DNA of 59,991 nucleotides, the filler included, from Circinaria calcarea (lineage: Eukaryota), in the NCBI GenBank assembly GCA_051942165.1. It is 11 parts of 11 records of this genome, joined end to end, with 100 filler letters (N's around TTAATTAATTAA, not from the genome) between each part and the next. Parts side by side here need not be neighbours in the genome. Positions count along the whole stretch, not along the records: positions 38,270 to 43,626 come from JAVECS010001929.1; positions 43,727 to 49,083 come from JAVECS010001930.1; positions 49,184 to 54,538 come from JAVECS010001931.1; 8 more parts are not named here. The stretch is one strand, 5' to 3'. Below are positions 38,270 to 51,743 of the stretch, piece after piece (position 1 is the first letter of the stretch; each line of letters begins with the position of its first letter). The notes under the pieces were generated by a model that saw nothing but the letters and a program-made list of their open reading frames with translations, searched no databases and had not been told where the DNA came from. A program made the translations under genes and the position numbers.

Positions 38270-40720
38270 CACCTATCCATTCACGAGCTGGCATTGACTC
38301 TATGGCAGTTGTTCTCGATGTAGTAAGGACGACAGCGCAGGGGGAAGTAAGCTATCGTTCGAGCATCGATTCAGCAGCCATGGTCTCTGACCATTGATCG
38401 CAGTGGAAAATCCTTGTCCTCGATGAAGGAAGCAAAAGGCTGGTCGATTGTGTCACCAAGGAGGACGATATCCTGCAAGAGAACATTACCAGTGTGTAAC
38501 TCGTATAAGGCGTTAAGCCAAGTTCCGGAAACTAAGGAATAATAGACATCGAGCAGATCGAACATAAAAGGGGCTTGAACCGGAGTTTGGATGCCGTTTA
38601 TCTACTATCGCCTGAACCTCATGTGGTCGATTGCTTAATGGATGACTTTGAGCGACGGCGATACCGTCGATCTTATCTCGTTTGGACGTCGTGTAGGTTC
38701 TATCTTTGCTCTACCGAGTACCTATTAAATCCTCATGTCCTTTATAATAGCGTTACCACAAGAGCTACGGGAGCGTATCGACAAACCGTCGATTGCTAGA
38801 GAGCAGATAGCCCAAACCCGGATACTCAACATCGATTTCTTCCCTCGAGAGTCACATTTGATTACGTTCCGAGATCCCTGGAGCTTTCCAATGCTCTTCC
38901 ACCCTGCTTGCAATCAACTTGTTCGACACCATATGGAGGATCTTGCTAAGAAGGTAAGGCATGCTAAGCTTGATATATTTTATCGCCCACAGAAAATCTA
39001 ACGGTGCCTTATCAAGATAGTCTCTGTCTGCGTCTCTTTAGGAGAGTACCCTACCATACGGTACTACCGACCGCGCAACCCACTTCATGAAGCAAGTGTT
39101 CTTTGCTCTCATCTCGCTCGTTTTGTTCAGGAGGGTCTCGATCAGCATGCAAAGTACAATGAGGACTTTCCGCCTCTTTCACCGCGACCGCGAGGCGTAT
39201 TGATAATCACTGACCGGTCTATGGACCTTTTCGCACCGTTGGTGCATGAATTCACCTACCAGGCCATGGTTCACGATCTGTTGCCTATCAAGGAAGGGGA
39301 AAAGACGTCTTTCAGGACTATTGTGAATCAAGGCGCCGCAAATGAAGAAGAAAAAGATATGGAACTTGGCGAGAAAGATAGAATATGGATTGAAAACCGC
39401 CATTTACACATGAAGGATCTTCTAGAGAAACTGGTAGGGGACTTTAACAAGTTCAGAGCTGATAATCCTCAGTTCGCCGAGAGGTGTGTGAAAAACATGC
39501 CAAACAAGACATGAAACCTACTTTAGCAAGCTAATATATGGACAGTGGTGACAATCCTAGCAGCCTCAATAATATAAAAGACATGATTGCGGGTCTTCCG
39601 CAGTTTCAAGAGGGCAAAGAAGCATACTCGCTACATCTGAATATGGCCCAGGAGTGTATGAGTCTCTTCCAAAATTGCCAGTTACCAGAAATCGCCATTG
39701 CAGAGCAGGTAGATTGAGGCAATGCCCGGCAAACTTCGACAAGCTGACTATTGGTAGTCACTCGCTACGGGCTTTGACGAAGACTATAAAAAGCCGAAGA
39801 ATCTTGCCGACCAGGTCATTCGGCTACTGGACGATGACAATGTAAACTTTCCTGACCGATTGCGATTGATTATAGAATACATTCTGTACCGCGATGGCGT
39901 CTTTCCAAGTGACATAGACAAACTACTGGCACATGCCCGGTTGCCTGCTAGAGATGGTGAAGTCATACAGAATCTAGACTTACTGGGAGCGCGGGTGACC
40001 AGGCCATTAAAGGACAACAAGCCCGCGCCTCAACTTCTTTTTGCAAGAAAGCAGCCTTCTCGACCAGGAATGGAAGATCTGAGTCTCTCAAGATTTCATC
40101 CTGCGGTCAAAGCAATGCTTGAAGAGCAGCTGCGGGGATCACTTGATCAAGCTGTCTTTCCATTTACAAAACCGTTGTTGGATGCGAATGAAGGACTCTT
40201 GAGCCAGAACAATATATCCCAAGCCTCCCTCCGCAGCGCGAAGCCAACCTGGGCAAGAACACGTCCGTCCGCGATGGAACCAAGACAACGGATCATTGTA
40301 TTCATAGCCGGCGGCGCGACCCATTCTGAGTCGAGAGCTTGCTATGAGGTTTCCCGGACTTTCTCAAAGGACATATACTTGGTGACTTCTCATATGCTCA
40401 CCCCTAATCTGTTTCTCAGACAAGTAAGGGACCTGAGTGTGGATAAAAGGCAACTAGATCTACCCATAGATCGCCCCAAACCCAAGCCACCTGCTCATCT
40501 CTTCGAAAAGGAGACAGGACCGGCCGTGCAGCCTGCAGGTACGGGTGCACACATTTCAACGAACGGCGCCGGTAGACACACCACTTCAGGAAGTGTACCT
40601 ACAATGTCCACGCCCAAACCACACCCGCTGCCATCCCCCTCTTTTGTTGTGGGCTCGTCTTCATCTGTTAAGCCGGCTAAGGAGTCCAAGGAGAAGAAAC
40701 GGCGCTTTTTCAATTTCTAG
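38270..40720 (+). CDS. SEC1: Sec1/Munc18 family exocytic SM protein, 5' exon lost at contig edge
   Basis: WKILVLDE, DAVYLLSP, IDFFPRESHL, LGEYPTIRYY, DRSMDLFAPLVHEFTYQAM, RHLHM, IIVFIAGGATHSESR. Multiple introns. Confidence 0.95.
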
Positions 40721-41838
40721 TCAGGCCAACGGGTTGGCCCTCCATGTCCCTTTGGTCGCATGAGCATCTTAGCGGCTATGTCAGGCGTTTTGTGACAAGA
40801 CAGGCCGGTATGGTTTGTACAGGCTATGCAGCGTGATGCATTCAAGGAGTTTGGCGTCCTGAGGGAACGGAGATACCACGGCTCAAGGCATACCATGGGG
40901 GTTCCTGTCGGTTTCTTGGACTGCTCCATGTATTATAGACTAGCAATAGACATGATGGTATGCAATCGAAGCTTCAAGGCCGAGTGGCTTAACAGTAGGC
41001 GATTATAGCATATAAATCTAGCAGGCTAACTCGGCCTCTCTTCATTTCACTTCTATAACTTACTATTCCGTTCAGGCAGTGGCTTGGATAGTTACCGAAG
41101 CGATCCAAGTCATAGTCCCCGTACGTGTATGGTGCATGGCATGAACGAGCATCCGGGATCGAATGTTGATTATATTATAAGGTGATTTGTGGTTGTCTGT
41201 CTTCGTTTCCTCACGTGCAATTCTGCGATCAATTTAGATGTCGCTGCCGGGAGTCAGTTTATCTATTCTCGATATGTGCCTTGTAATTCTCGAGTCTGGT
41301 CACTCACAATCACCTGCTATCAAAGTGGCCTGAACTTTCAAACACTTCTACATGCGAATCAGTAATTTAGGCTACCTCGGGTCATTTAGAGTGCTCTCCA
41401 TGGTAATGATTAGTAGCTGGCAAGGAATTGTGCTCTCCATCGTTGATGGTTGGGCTCAACGGCTCTGTCACTTTCTACCCATCATGCGAAAGAAAACGGA
41501 AAATCTCATCATGTCTAACGAGTTTGGACTGCGATTGATTCTACACATGTACATTTTTGGCTAGCAGAATTTAGTAGATGATGGAGCGGACGTTACGTTT
41601 CTTGTGTCAACTTCTTGCGACGCGCAAGACACGTTTCCTTGATACATTGCTAATACCGTGCTGATACTTTCGCATACTGCTTCGCCCCGTACTGTGCTTT
41701 TCAATCAAAGTACAGGCTGGCTCATTGCAAGAAGGTTACCGTTGTCAATAATGATTGCGTTTGTCCATTGGATTTGGACATGTCATCTCGTGTAGACGTC
41801 GAATCTGTCTTCTTATACGACTGTATAGCTTTGGTAGG

Positions 41839-42769
41839 ATGTACCTTGTCACTTACACACTAGTCGCTCTCTGCTTGGCTGCTGGCGGACTCTCACGACG
41901 AAGTAAGTATCCTAAACTTGCGTCGAATTGTCTGATCCTCCATGCTAACTGCATTCGAGCCGATGATGGCGTGCTCAAAAGTGGCAACTACGAAATCCGC
42001 ATGTGCGACGAGAAAGGACCCGCTGTCAAAGCCCTGCTCGACCATATCTACCGTGGGATTCAGCAGGCACACGAAGATATGGATAGCGCAGAGCCCGGAG
42101 GATCCCCTGCCTACCGTACATTTCTCCACGGCGTCAATCCGAACAACGTGAGAGAGATCTTTTCACAAATAGCAGCCGGTTCTAATGTAAAATTCAATCG
42201 CCGCCCTGTTAATCCTCCAGTAATTGCGTGTGTGGAACCTCGGCATAAGTCAATGATACCACGACAATGGGCCTATTGCAGCAGGGGTGAAGGCGTTGCA
42301 GCTATGTGGGAGACGCATACCCGATTCATCTTCCTTTGCCCATACTTCTGGACCTTCCCGTCATCCCCTACTAAGAACAGTTGCCCCCAGGTCGTCCAGG
42401 CAGGTACAAAGTTCGACAAGGCCAATGTCATTGAAACGCAAATGAATGTCATGTTTCACGAGCTTCTTCATCTGTACATGGGATACCCGATGCTGGAACC
42501 GGAAGCATACGGTATAAACCTTTGCGCAACCCTCCCTCCACATATGTCGGTTATAAACGTGTCAAACTACGACTATTACCTTGGTTGTATGTACTTCGAT
42601 CCCCTACATTATCCCTCGGTCAGAATCTGATGTTAACCATATGGTTCTTGGTGGAATAGTTCTCATAGCCGGCTGCTCTCAATTCCCTACCTTCCATAAC
42701 CACGGACGAGACTGGCGTAAGCTTCTGGGCGAAGACACGTCCAACATTCACAAGGGCGAAATCTTCTAG
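41839..42769 (+). CDS. Small secreted zincin-like (HEXXH) protein, 3 exons
   Basis: Signal MYLVTYTLVALCLAAGG, IFLCPYFW, VMFHELLHLY, NVSNYDYY, several Cys. Introns begin GTAAGT (~41902) and GTATGT (~42587). Confidence 0.75.
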
Positions 42770-43726
42770 GCTGGCAATTGTGCCAGCGATCCTTTTCTAG
42801 CTAAATTTGGGAGGTGCTCCTAGTGTTTCCTAACAAGAAATCCGAGAATCAGTTTTGGTCATGATTTTGGAGACCTTGGGATGGTCAAAAGGGGGGAAAA
42901 CCTTGAAAATCCTATTAAAAATACCTACCGTATCATCACCACCTCCGTCTACGGGTGACCGAACTTGGCCAAAATAAAAGAAACCACCATTAACCTCCCG
43001 CTCCATGGCCCGACCCCTTGGCAGTAAAAACCTGGCTCGCCAACTCGCCCAACCCGAGCTTATTGACCATACATAACTCCATCTCCCCGAAACTCTCTCA
43101 GCCATCCCCGAAAAACTCAAATCATCTGCAAAGAGACAGCGAGCAAATCGCAAAAAGGACCAGTTCCGTAAGACTGTTCATTTTATCACCGGTAGCAAAT
43201 TTACACCCGAGAATAAACACTTTGGTACAATTGTTCTTTATGCTTGTAACAAACAGTTGGGTCCGTTAGTTCCCTTGAAACCCTGACTCCAAGGCCAAGA
43301 AAAAAAAAAAAAAAAAAAAACACCCTGTATATCATCTCGGGTACATTTCTCGTCTTGCAGGTTTAAGCATAGCACGCAGCATAGCATAGCACGATATTTA
43401 TAGTAATGATTTATAGTAGTCAGTAATAGGTTTTAAACGGGTGTGAAACCCTAACTTAAAACCCTAACCCAACCCGTGATGCGGCGTAGCTCAGCCTGCC
43501 ACATGCATGTGATATTGTTTGTACAAAGTCCCTCTTTCTTTCATTTTCCTCCTCTACTGCCTCTATTTCTAATTACACTTTTCCTCTTTCTCTCCCTCTC
43601 CCTCTCCCGACCTTTCCCTTCCATTCNNNNNNNNNNNNNNNNNNNNNNNNNNNNNNNNNNNNNNNNNNNNTTAATTAATTAANNNNNNNNNNNNNNNNNN
43701 NNNNNNNNNNNNNNNNNNNNNNNNNN

Positions 43727-45556
43727 TCATGTTAGTACATGGATCCTGCCCCTTTCGCATTCAGTGATGCACTCACCTCTCGACCTTGGCCCCTTGCCCG
43801 CCACGACTATAGCTCAAACCTCCAAAGATCTGACTGGCCTCCCGAGCGCAGAACTCAAAGGTAACCGTTGCTTGCGCCTTTAACCCTGCAATGGCGCCTC
43901 CAAGCTTCAGCATTGCCTCAGTCTCGTTCATGACATTGCACTGGTAAATGAGATTCTCCAGCCAATTGGAGCTGGCTTCTATCTGCCGGGCCATGTGAGC
44001 GAGCTTGAGGCGAATGACCGGGTGGTCGATGAGTTTCTTGCCAAAAGTGCGACGCTTGTGAGCATAATTCATCGACTCCTCATAACATACACGCGAGAAG
44101 CGGAGACATTGGATGACGATACCAATACGCTCATGGTTGAAGTTCGTCATGATTACTGCAGGAGGCTGTTAGCATAAATGACAGTAGATGGAGACCGACG
44201 CTGTCATGAGAGTGTACCCTTGAAGCCTTGGTTGGCTTTTCCGATCAAATTCTCGACAGGAACTTTGACATCTTCAAACGTTACGTATGTAGTTCCACTG
44301 CACCATACACCCTGGCAATCCATCCTCCGCGTGCTGACGCCTCCATGCTCCCGTTCAATGAGAAGCATACTAACACCGGCAGCACCTTCGCCGCCCGTCC
44401 GGACTGCAGTAGTAAAGTAGTCGCACCAGATTCCGTTGGTGATCCATTTCTTCTCACCGTTGACAATATAATGCTTGCCATCTTCGGTGAGCTTAGCTTC
44501 ACAAGTCAGATTTGCAACGTCACTACCTGCATCCGGTTCAGTGATAGCCAGACAGATACGTTTATCTCCGTTGAGGATCCCTGGTAGAATCCTATCAACC
44601 AGCGACTTCTTGCCAAACTTGACAACCGGCGGGCATCCAATGCCAAATCCACCGATAAGATTCCAAACGAGACCACCACTACCCGCTCTCGATATCTCGT
44701 CCGTCACTATTAGCTCATGGAACAGGTCCCACTTCTCCGGGGGTACACTCTTGACAGTGTGTTTGGTTAGGTCGGTTGGAAATTTATGTAGACCCATAAG
44801 ACCAGCGAGATAGCCACGTTCCCCCATTTGCTTGTAGATTGAATCCGGTACTTTCTTTGCTTCGTCCCACTCCGTGACATTTGGCTCAATCTCCGAGTCG
44901 ACCCAGGCGCGCACTTCGGCACGGAGTGCTGCATGTGATTCTGTGAAGTATGGGGAGTGATACTGAACACAGTGAGTTAGAATGCCGTCAAAGCCTTAAT
45001 CTCCGAGTCCACATACACCCTGATACCATGACGGATCTGCATAGGGCACAAGGTCGCCATACGGATCCAGTGACTCGGCAACCTCTTTCACATCTTTTCC
45101 GGGTACTGGTGCAACAGTACCAGGCTCTGCTTGGGGTTGGACAACCTCCTTCTCCTTCGTCTGTGCAGCTGGTGGTGGGGTAGCGGGCGGAGTAAGAGGA
45201 GCCGCAGCTTGCTTCTTACTGTCCAAAGAGCCGACTTGCAGTTGGCCTTTGTACTTCTTCAGAATGCTCTCGTTGTGGTATTTCCAAAACTGTTTCGAGG
45301 CATCTTTGCCAGCGACTCGCTGCAAGACTGGGAGCCAGGGTAAGCAAAGAGATTGGTCGTTTAGGGCTTGGATGGAGTCTTACTCTTTTGCCCGCCTAGC
45401 AGATATTAGTAAACGACAGGTAGTAGGGAGCTGGGACTTGCCTGGATGCTCGGTTTGGAACTGGGTCAGGTCATAGACATCTTCGTCGACAATAATCCAT
45501 AGGTCATCCGGCTTCTTATGCGCCGCAACGTCGCTTTGGGAGAAGACCTTGGACAT
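43727..45556 (-). CDS. Acyl-CoA dehydrogenase with N-terminal cytochrome b5-like domain, 3' end truncated by contig edge
   Basis: LWIIVDEDVYDLTQFQTEHPGG, then CLAITEPDAGSDVA, NGEKKWITNG, FNHERI, ASQIFGGLSY. Confidence 0.94.
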
Positions 45557-46040
45557 GGTGCAAATGTTGGGACAAGTCAGCGAGCAGAGTCACGGTTATT
45601 CAGTGGTAGCAGAGGAGAAGATGATAGACGAGACAAAGAAGAAAAAGTTGATTATATTCTTCGCTCGGTGAATGGAGTTTCACATGCTTTCCGAAAGTAC
45701 CATAAAGTCCCACACGAACGCTGAGCCTCGCAAGGAGCCAAGGTAACAAGCAGATCAGCCAGTCGCAATGACGCTCTACCCCGTTACGGAGTAAGCAGCG
45801 TGATTTCCCCCCCGACCACGAGATCAATCAACCACCGGAGCTCGTCCTGTTTCCAGCGTCTGTCTTTCATTTCACCGTCGACCGTCTCCCTATCCAACTA
45901 AAATTATTACCTCGGCTTGCCAAAGGCGGGGGCTCAAGCGTTTCCTGTGATATGCACGGGGAGTCCGGCACCGATACCCTAAGCTTAATAGCCAACAAGT
46001 AAACCCCCCCACAACTGAATGCATCTCTCAAAATACGGAC

Positions 46041-46828
46041 ATGGATGCTACTTTGAGCCCCCCAGATATCAAGGCGTTGGAGCAAACTCGCCAGCGTCTT
46101 TCTCAACTGACCAACTCCTTGGCCTCTTTACAGCGAGCAATCACCGCCACAGATCCTCTTCCACCGTGGTACGTGGATATGATAAGTATATGAGCAAGCA
46201 ACACCTTCACTGACTGCCCGCCAAATCCAGGCCATCTCTTCAATCCTTAGCGACTATCATAGCTCAACACCTGACTTCAGTATCTCAACATCTCAGCACC
46301 CACCATGACCTCTTCGCTTCGATGGCAGTCTACCCGCTGCCGCAGTTTCCCGGGAGAACACAAGAGAACCTTCTCGGTCAATTACTTCGCAAGAAACTTG
46401 AGCCGAATGTCGAGGACTGGGTTGTTGAGGGTCGAAAGATCGGCATGGAGGCTGAAGCCCAAGACCAGAAGACAGGCTTGAGCCGGGAAGAAACGTTAGA
46501 CCTGTGGAGCTGGGCAGGGATGGCTGCTAATGAACAAGCACGAAAACATACTTGGGGCGGTAATTACACTTTGGAGGAGAAGGAACGGGGCGTCGAAAAT
46601 GTTGTTACCGGGCTACGGCGACGACTTAAAGAAGATCCTGACGACTCGTCCGAGGAGGAAGATGATGAAGATGACGAAGTTGATGGGGACGATCCAAACG
46701 GGGACAGGATGGAAATTGATGGGATGAACCGCAAGAGCGAGAAACATACTGATATATCAGCCATAAATCCACTACCCATTCAGGATGTTTTTCGCTTCAT
46801 GATGACGGGATCAGCGCCCAAAGGATGA
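46041..46828 (+). CDS. MED8: Mediator of RNA polymerase II transcription subunit 8, 2 exons
   Basis: DIKALEQTRQRLSQLTNSL...DPLPPW|PSLQS, AVYPLPQFPGRTQENLLGQLLRKKLEPNVEDWV. Confidence 0.9.
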
Positions 46829-47500
46829 CTTGGATGGTCTACATTATCTACACAAAGGTTATCAGAACAACTCCTTCCCGTTGCTCGAAGCTATCAGCCA
46901 TCCTTTTCAGTGGTAGGGTGCCGTTCACATTCCAGCATCAATGAATAGCCCAAGGCAACGGCAATGACAGTTGATTGGTCCATGAGCGCGATTTTGTGCA
47001 CTGTTATGAGATCACCCTGTCGCATTCCGTCCATGCGATGAGAACGGATACTCTTTTGGCTGTTATGGCCTAAAGGCCTGGTCCAGGACGAAGAGAAAGC
47101 TTACCTGGTAGATGAGAGTTGGTGGTCTGCTCTAGATGTGGCGGCCTCAAACTCATGACGTCGAGGTGATTTAGACATGAACCGAACGACCCGACGGAGA
47201 TTGCGATATCAAAGAAGGTGTGTGACATTCCGACCAGGGTTGATGTTCACAAACTTGATCTTCGGTTTGTGAAGCTGACAACACCTTCCGTTTGTTGGTT
47301 GCGTGCCAAAAATAACTTGGTCAGGCCAACCGAGTTGGACGCCGACAGCATGTCAGCAGCGTTTATCGACCCTGACATGATGCCGACACCCAGACTTACG
47401 GCGTGGTATAACGTCAGACACCAAATGACCCAATAGCTACGATGATATAAAGGACAGTGTCTTTCTAGACAAGATTTGCCCTTGTTCAGTTTTCGCGGGA

Positions 47501-48421
47501 ATGGCGACCGTATGCGCAACCATCTACGAAACCAACTCTCCACTAGATAAACTAGTCCCTACAGGCACATTGCCTTTTTCATACTGTCAATCACCTCTAT
47601 CGACATCAACCATACCAGCGGCCAAAGAGACCCATGTCGCAACCCTCTCCTCAGAAGCAAAACACCCTGACACCTTAATTCTCCTCTCGCTTCCCCTCGA
47701 ACTTCGGCTGCAAATCTGCTCCCTGGCTCTAAATTCCATCCTTACCTCCTTTCACCCCTACAGCTCCTTCGTATCTCACCCCCTCCCGCAAGCCCGCCTC
47801 TCCCTACTCCTCACCAGCCGCCAAATCCACAATGAAACCCGCCTCCTCCCCTTCCAGCAATCGGCCTTTTTCTTCCAGAAGTATCTCTCCAGCAGCACAT
47901 CCTCTTGCCTTCGCTTCCTCCGCACTCTCCAGCTGTGGCAGATGCGCGCTATTCGCGAGGTAGAGTTGGCGGTGGTTGAGAGAGACTTGGTGGGCTGGCA
48001 GCTCAAGTACGGCTGGAGCGAAATCTGCCGGCTAATCGGTGGGTCGGATGGTGATAGCAGTCTACCCCCTCAGCTGCACTCGGATTCTGAACCCCTTGAA
48101 TGTAATCACGTTCCTCCTCAACACACCACCGACCTCCGCTTTCTGACCCTGCATATCCACGGCTCCCTGTCCCGTTTCGCCGCTGACATCCTGCACCCCG
48201 ACGCCGATTGGATCACGCAAGATTTGAGTAGATTGACGTCGCTCCGGAGGTTGGAGATTGAGGTTGAGGATGAGGAGGTCGGGAGGGAGTCGCTGAGAGT
48301 GTTTGAGAAGGGTTTACGGGAACGAGTCGAGGGGTTCGGGGTGAGAAGGGGATGGGCGAGGAGAAAGGTGGAGGTGGTCGTTAGGGGATGTGCGGAACCG
48401 GAAGAGGGGCAGGATAAGTAG
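47501..48421 (+). CDS. Hypothetical protein with F-box-like N-terminal motif
   Basis: 306-aa ORF. LLSLPLELRLQICSLAL and LLLTSRQIHNETR are typical of expanded fungal F-box-like families. Confidence 0.65.
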   Translation: MATVCATIYETNSPLDKLVPTGTLPFSYCQSPLSTSTIPAAKETHVATLSSEAKHPDTLILLSLPLELRLQICSLALNSILTSFHPYSSFVSHPLPQARLSLLLTSRQIHNETRLLPFQQSAFFFQKYLSSSTSSCLRFLRTLQLWQMRAIREVELAVVERDLVGWQLKYGWSEICRLIGGSDGDSSLPPQLHSDSEPLECNHVPPQHTTDLRFLTLHIHGSLSRFAADILHPDADWITQDLSRLTSLRRLEIEVEDEEVGRESLRVFEKGLRERVEGFGVRRGWARRKVEVVVRGCAEPEEGQDK

Positions 48422-49218
48422 GCCAGGAATATCGGTTGCGAGTTATCAATCAGTGACGAGGAGATTTCGGCGGGGCTGAGCTTAGGTAGGACTGAGGGGC
48501 GTTGGGAAGAGCTGGAGATTATCAGAGAGGGCAGTGGGAATTGGAGAGGGGGTGGAAGCGGGAGTCGCAGGAGACTGACTAGGTTTGAAGGAAGGAAAGA
48601 AATCAGCCATCGCCTGGTTCGGAGGCGAGGGAAATGAAATAGAGATGGAGAGGAATACTTGAGTGGTTTGGAAGGAGGGATATAAAGAAGGGGAATAAAT
48701 TAGAATTCGAATTCTTACGTAGACTTACGTAGACTCGCCTAGACTATTGCTTGCCCTTATCCTTCCTTGACCCACCGTGCACCAACAAGAAAACGTGAAA
48801 TAGAAATACTAATCCACCCCCCCCCCTTTGGAGCCTCTTTTTCTCTCTCCCTTTTCCTCTTTCCCTTTTCCTTTTTCTCTTTCTCTGTTTCGATTTCAGT
48901 TTCATGCCCATCCAATGCAGATCCAGATCCACATCCAAATCTAGATCCAGATCCGGCAAAAACCGTACCGTAACGGAGTAAAGAAAGGAATTTTACCCAA
49001 AAACCCAAAACTCCATTTCATCTCCATCTCCATCTCACTTACCTAGATTCTTATAGAAAGCCATTATCCCCTATCCCCTATCCNNNNNNNNNNNNNNNNN
49101 NNNNNNNNNNNNNNNNNNNNNNNNNNNTTAATTAATTAANNNNNNNNNNNNNNNNNNNNNNNNNNNNNNNNNNNNNNNNNNNNTTGATTTCTTGCCCTGA
49201 TCAGTTACTCCTACTCAA

Positions 49219-50730
49219 ATGCCGCTTCCACCCAGCAAAATTGCCCGTCAGCAAGCAAACGTTCAGGATGACAGAAGAGGTGACATTATCGCAGCATCTG
49301 CCATCTGTTTGACCTTTGCCACTGCAACCATGATTCTACGTTTCGTTGCCCGGCACATCTCACGCTCATCCATTCGGAGTGATGATTTATGATCGTTGCC
49401 GGACTGGCATGAGCAAAACTCTCCATCCTCCATTCGTCGACCAGACTTCGCGGCTTACAATGTAGGCTGATGAGTAAGAACAAATCTTCACCGCTGCTTT
49501 TTGTAGCCGGTGTTGACATTGGTGTTCATTTTGGAACAGGCCGGCATGCCATTTTGATCTCGAACCCAAGTTCACGGGGAATGGTACGAGCATGATAGCC
49601 TGTTGTCGACGCCGAAAGCTTCCCAGCTAACATGATGCCTTGAGAATAATATTGCCACCGAAGTCCTCTATAACCCAGCAATCTGCGGTATCGAATTCAG
49701 CATTCTTCTTCTGTATCGTCGCCTCTTCCCCGGAAGGAAATTCAATCATGTTTTGATCGCTGTGGGGGTTTTTGTACTGTGCTATTCGATCACGGCTATC
49801 TTCGTAAATATCTATCAATGTGTCCCGTCCGAGCGAATTGGGACCCGACTCTGACACCTCATTACATCAATCTAGCCGCGGAATTAATTGCAATCGGTTT
49901 GATCAATGTAGTTATAGATATCATTCTTCTCTGCTTACCGATACCGTTTATATGGCGGCTACAAATTGCGAAAAGCAAGAAATTTCAACTGACCCTATTG
50001 TTCTTAACAGGGAGTTTGTGAGTAAACCCATGTACGACCCTTTAAGCAGAACAAATATCACTGACTAGTGATGCCTTTATATAGTATCTGTATAATGAGT
50101 ATAGTCCGCGCAGCGTATCTGCCCCAGATTTCTCTCCTTGACAGTAGCTGTAAGTGACTTTAGTTGAACCCTTTGTACTTTTCCAATCATGATCACTCAT
50201 CACGAAGCTTACTTTTTGTTTAGGGGATAATTTTGACGGAGCTATATGGTCAATTGTCGAACTCTGCTCTGCAATCATTTGCGCCTGCTTACCAACCCTC
50301 AAACCCGTCTTCGACGTTTTCTCCCACAGCGCCCCCAAATCCACTCAACCGGTAAACCACGCCAAACCTAGAAGTGGGACGACGGGAGACGAAATGAAAA
50401 ACAAGTTGTGGCAGAAGGGAAGTCAGATAGGGAAAGCAGTGACAGTTTGCAGCTCTAGAGAACATGGAAATGGGGAGGTTTCGGTGACCCAGTAGCTTGT
50501 CTCAGCCATGCCTAACTTCTCTATCGGAGTTATTCCCCTCTTTGCGATGCACCTTCTGTTCGCCGCTGGCCTCGCCACCCGCCAACTCAGCCTATTCCAA
50601 TTTGCCGCCATCCAGGTCTAGCACTTGGTCACAGGAACAGGCGCAGGCCTTAGAGCTACGCTTCCCGCGTCTCGTGATATACAAGGATTATCGATCATCC
50701 CTAAATTCAACATAGAAAACGACGAGTAGA
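49219..50730 (+). pseudogene. PTH11-like (rhodopsin-domain) integral membrane protein, frameshifted
   Basis: MPLPPSKI...ILRFVAR...SDD, then a frameshift to TGA. Further motifs GTGRH, SILLLYRRLF, IYQCVP (frameshift) RANWD, DIILLCLPIPFIWRLQ, WSIVELCSAIICACLPTLKP. 3' end approximate. Confidence 0.85.
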
Positions 50731-51743
50731 CTCCGTTTCAAAGCGCGAAAGCAGGCATGGGACACAACAGGTCAGGGTCTCCTAGATTTGGAATGAAGGT
50801 TGCTACACCTTTCAGGCCTAGGGTTGGACTGGGGTGGCTAGTAACTGGGTTACGGTAGTCAGTTTACTATATTGTTATTTCGTTTGGAAGAATCAAGTAT
50901 TTATTCCATGTACCTTCACCATTCCGTTTGTCGATCAATGAGGGATCGAGTGAAGTAATAAGGACGAACTCGACTTCGTACCCTTACCGGTCAGTCTCGC
51001 TCCAAAATGCAAACCGACTCACCCACTCTTTTCCTGCTGTCGAATATCCAGATGAAAAAATAGAAAAGAAAAGAAAAAGGCCCTAGGAAGCTGTAGCTGT
51101 AGCTCTGGCTGGAGCTCTAGCTTAGGCAAGTTGAGCGGAACGGCAAAGCGCTGCACGGGTATCGAAATTTGGGTCTCGAACTGGATATCATATCTCCAAC
51201 CACCAGAAGAACTAATGACAGGAGAGACCAGACCAGACCCGCCCCACACTAAAGGAAGGGGGGGAAAAGAAAAAGAAATAGAAAAATAAAAAGAATACAC
51301 ACAACCCAAGGTTTTCAGATAGTTGCCTCCGTTATAGGTTTGGGCTTTCCCCTCCTCTCCTAGGCGAGAGCACGAAATAGGGGACAATCGATCGTGCGTA
51401 GAAAAACAGGAAGAGAACCGGAGTGATTCCTTATTGATTATTTTTACGGTTTATAGATGTAGTTGTAATCCCCGGTTTCGAAACAAATGACAAAAATCCG
51501 GAAAAGGAAGGGCAGGCGAATAGTGCAAAACAAAGTACATTGTGGATAGAGAAGACGGCATGAAAGCTAATTTTTCCCCTGCTACCAACCATATCAGATC
51601 CAAGCCAAACGGCTGTTTGGACCCCGATCCGAACGAGTCCCATCTCGGTAAACTGTGAGGTGGGGGCAGAATCTAATGACGGAATAGGACACAAATGGTA
51701 TATACAGCTCTGTCTATCCAGTACTTTGTACCGACAATCCAAC

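Noticed and set aside
42830..43320. Possible retrocopy ending in a 21-nt poly(A)
   Set aside because: No recognisable parent gene, no clear target-site duplication, and no coherent reading frame.
43448..43475. Telomere-like CCCTAA units
   Set aside because: Only two perfect non-adjacent units in low-complexity sequence, not a telomeric array.
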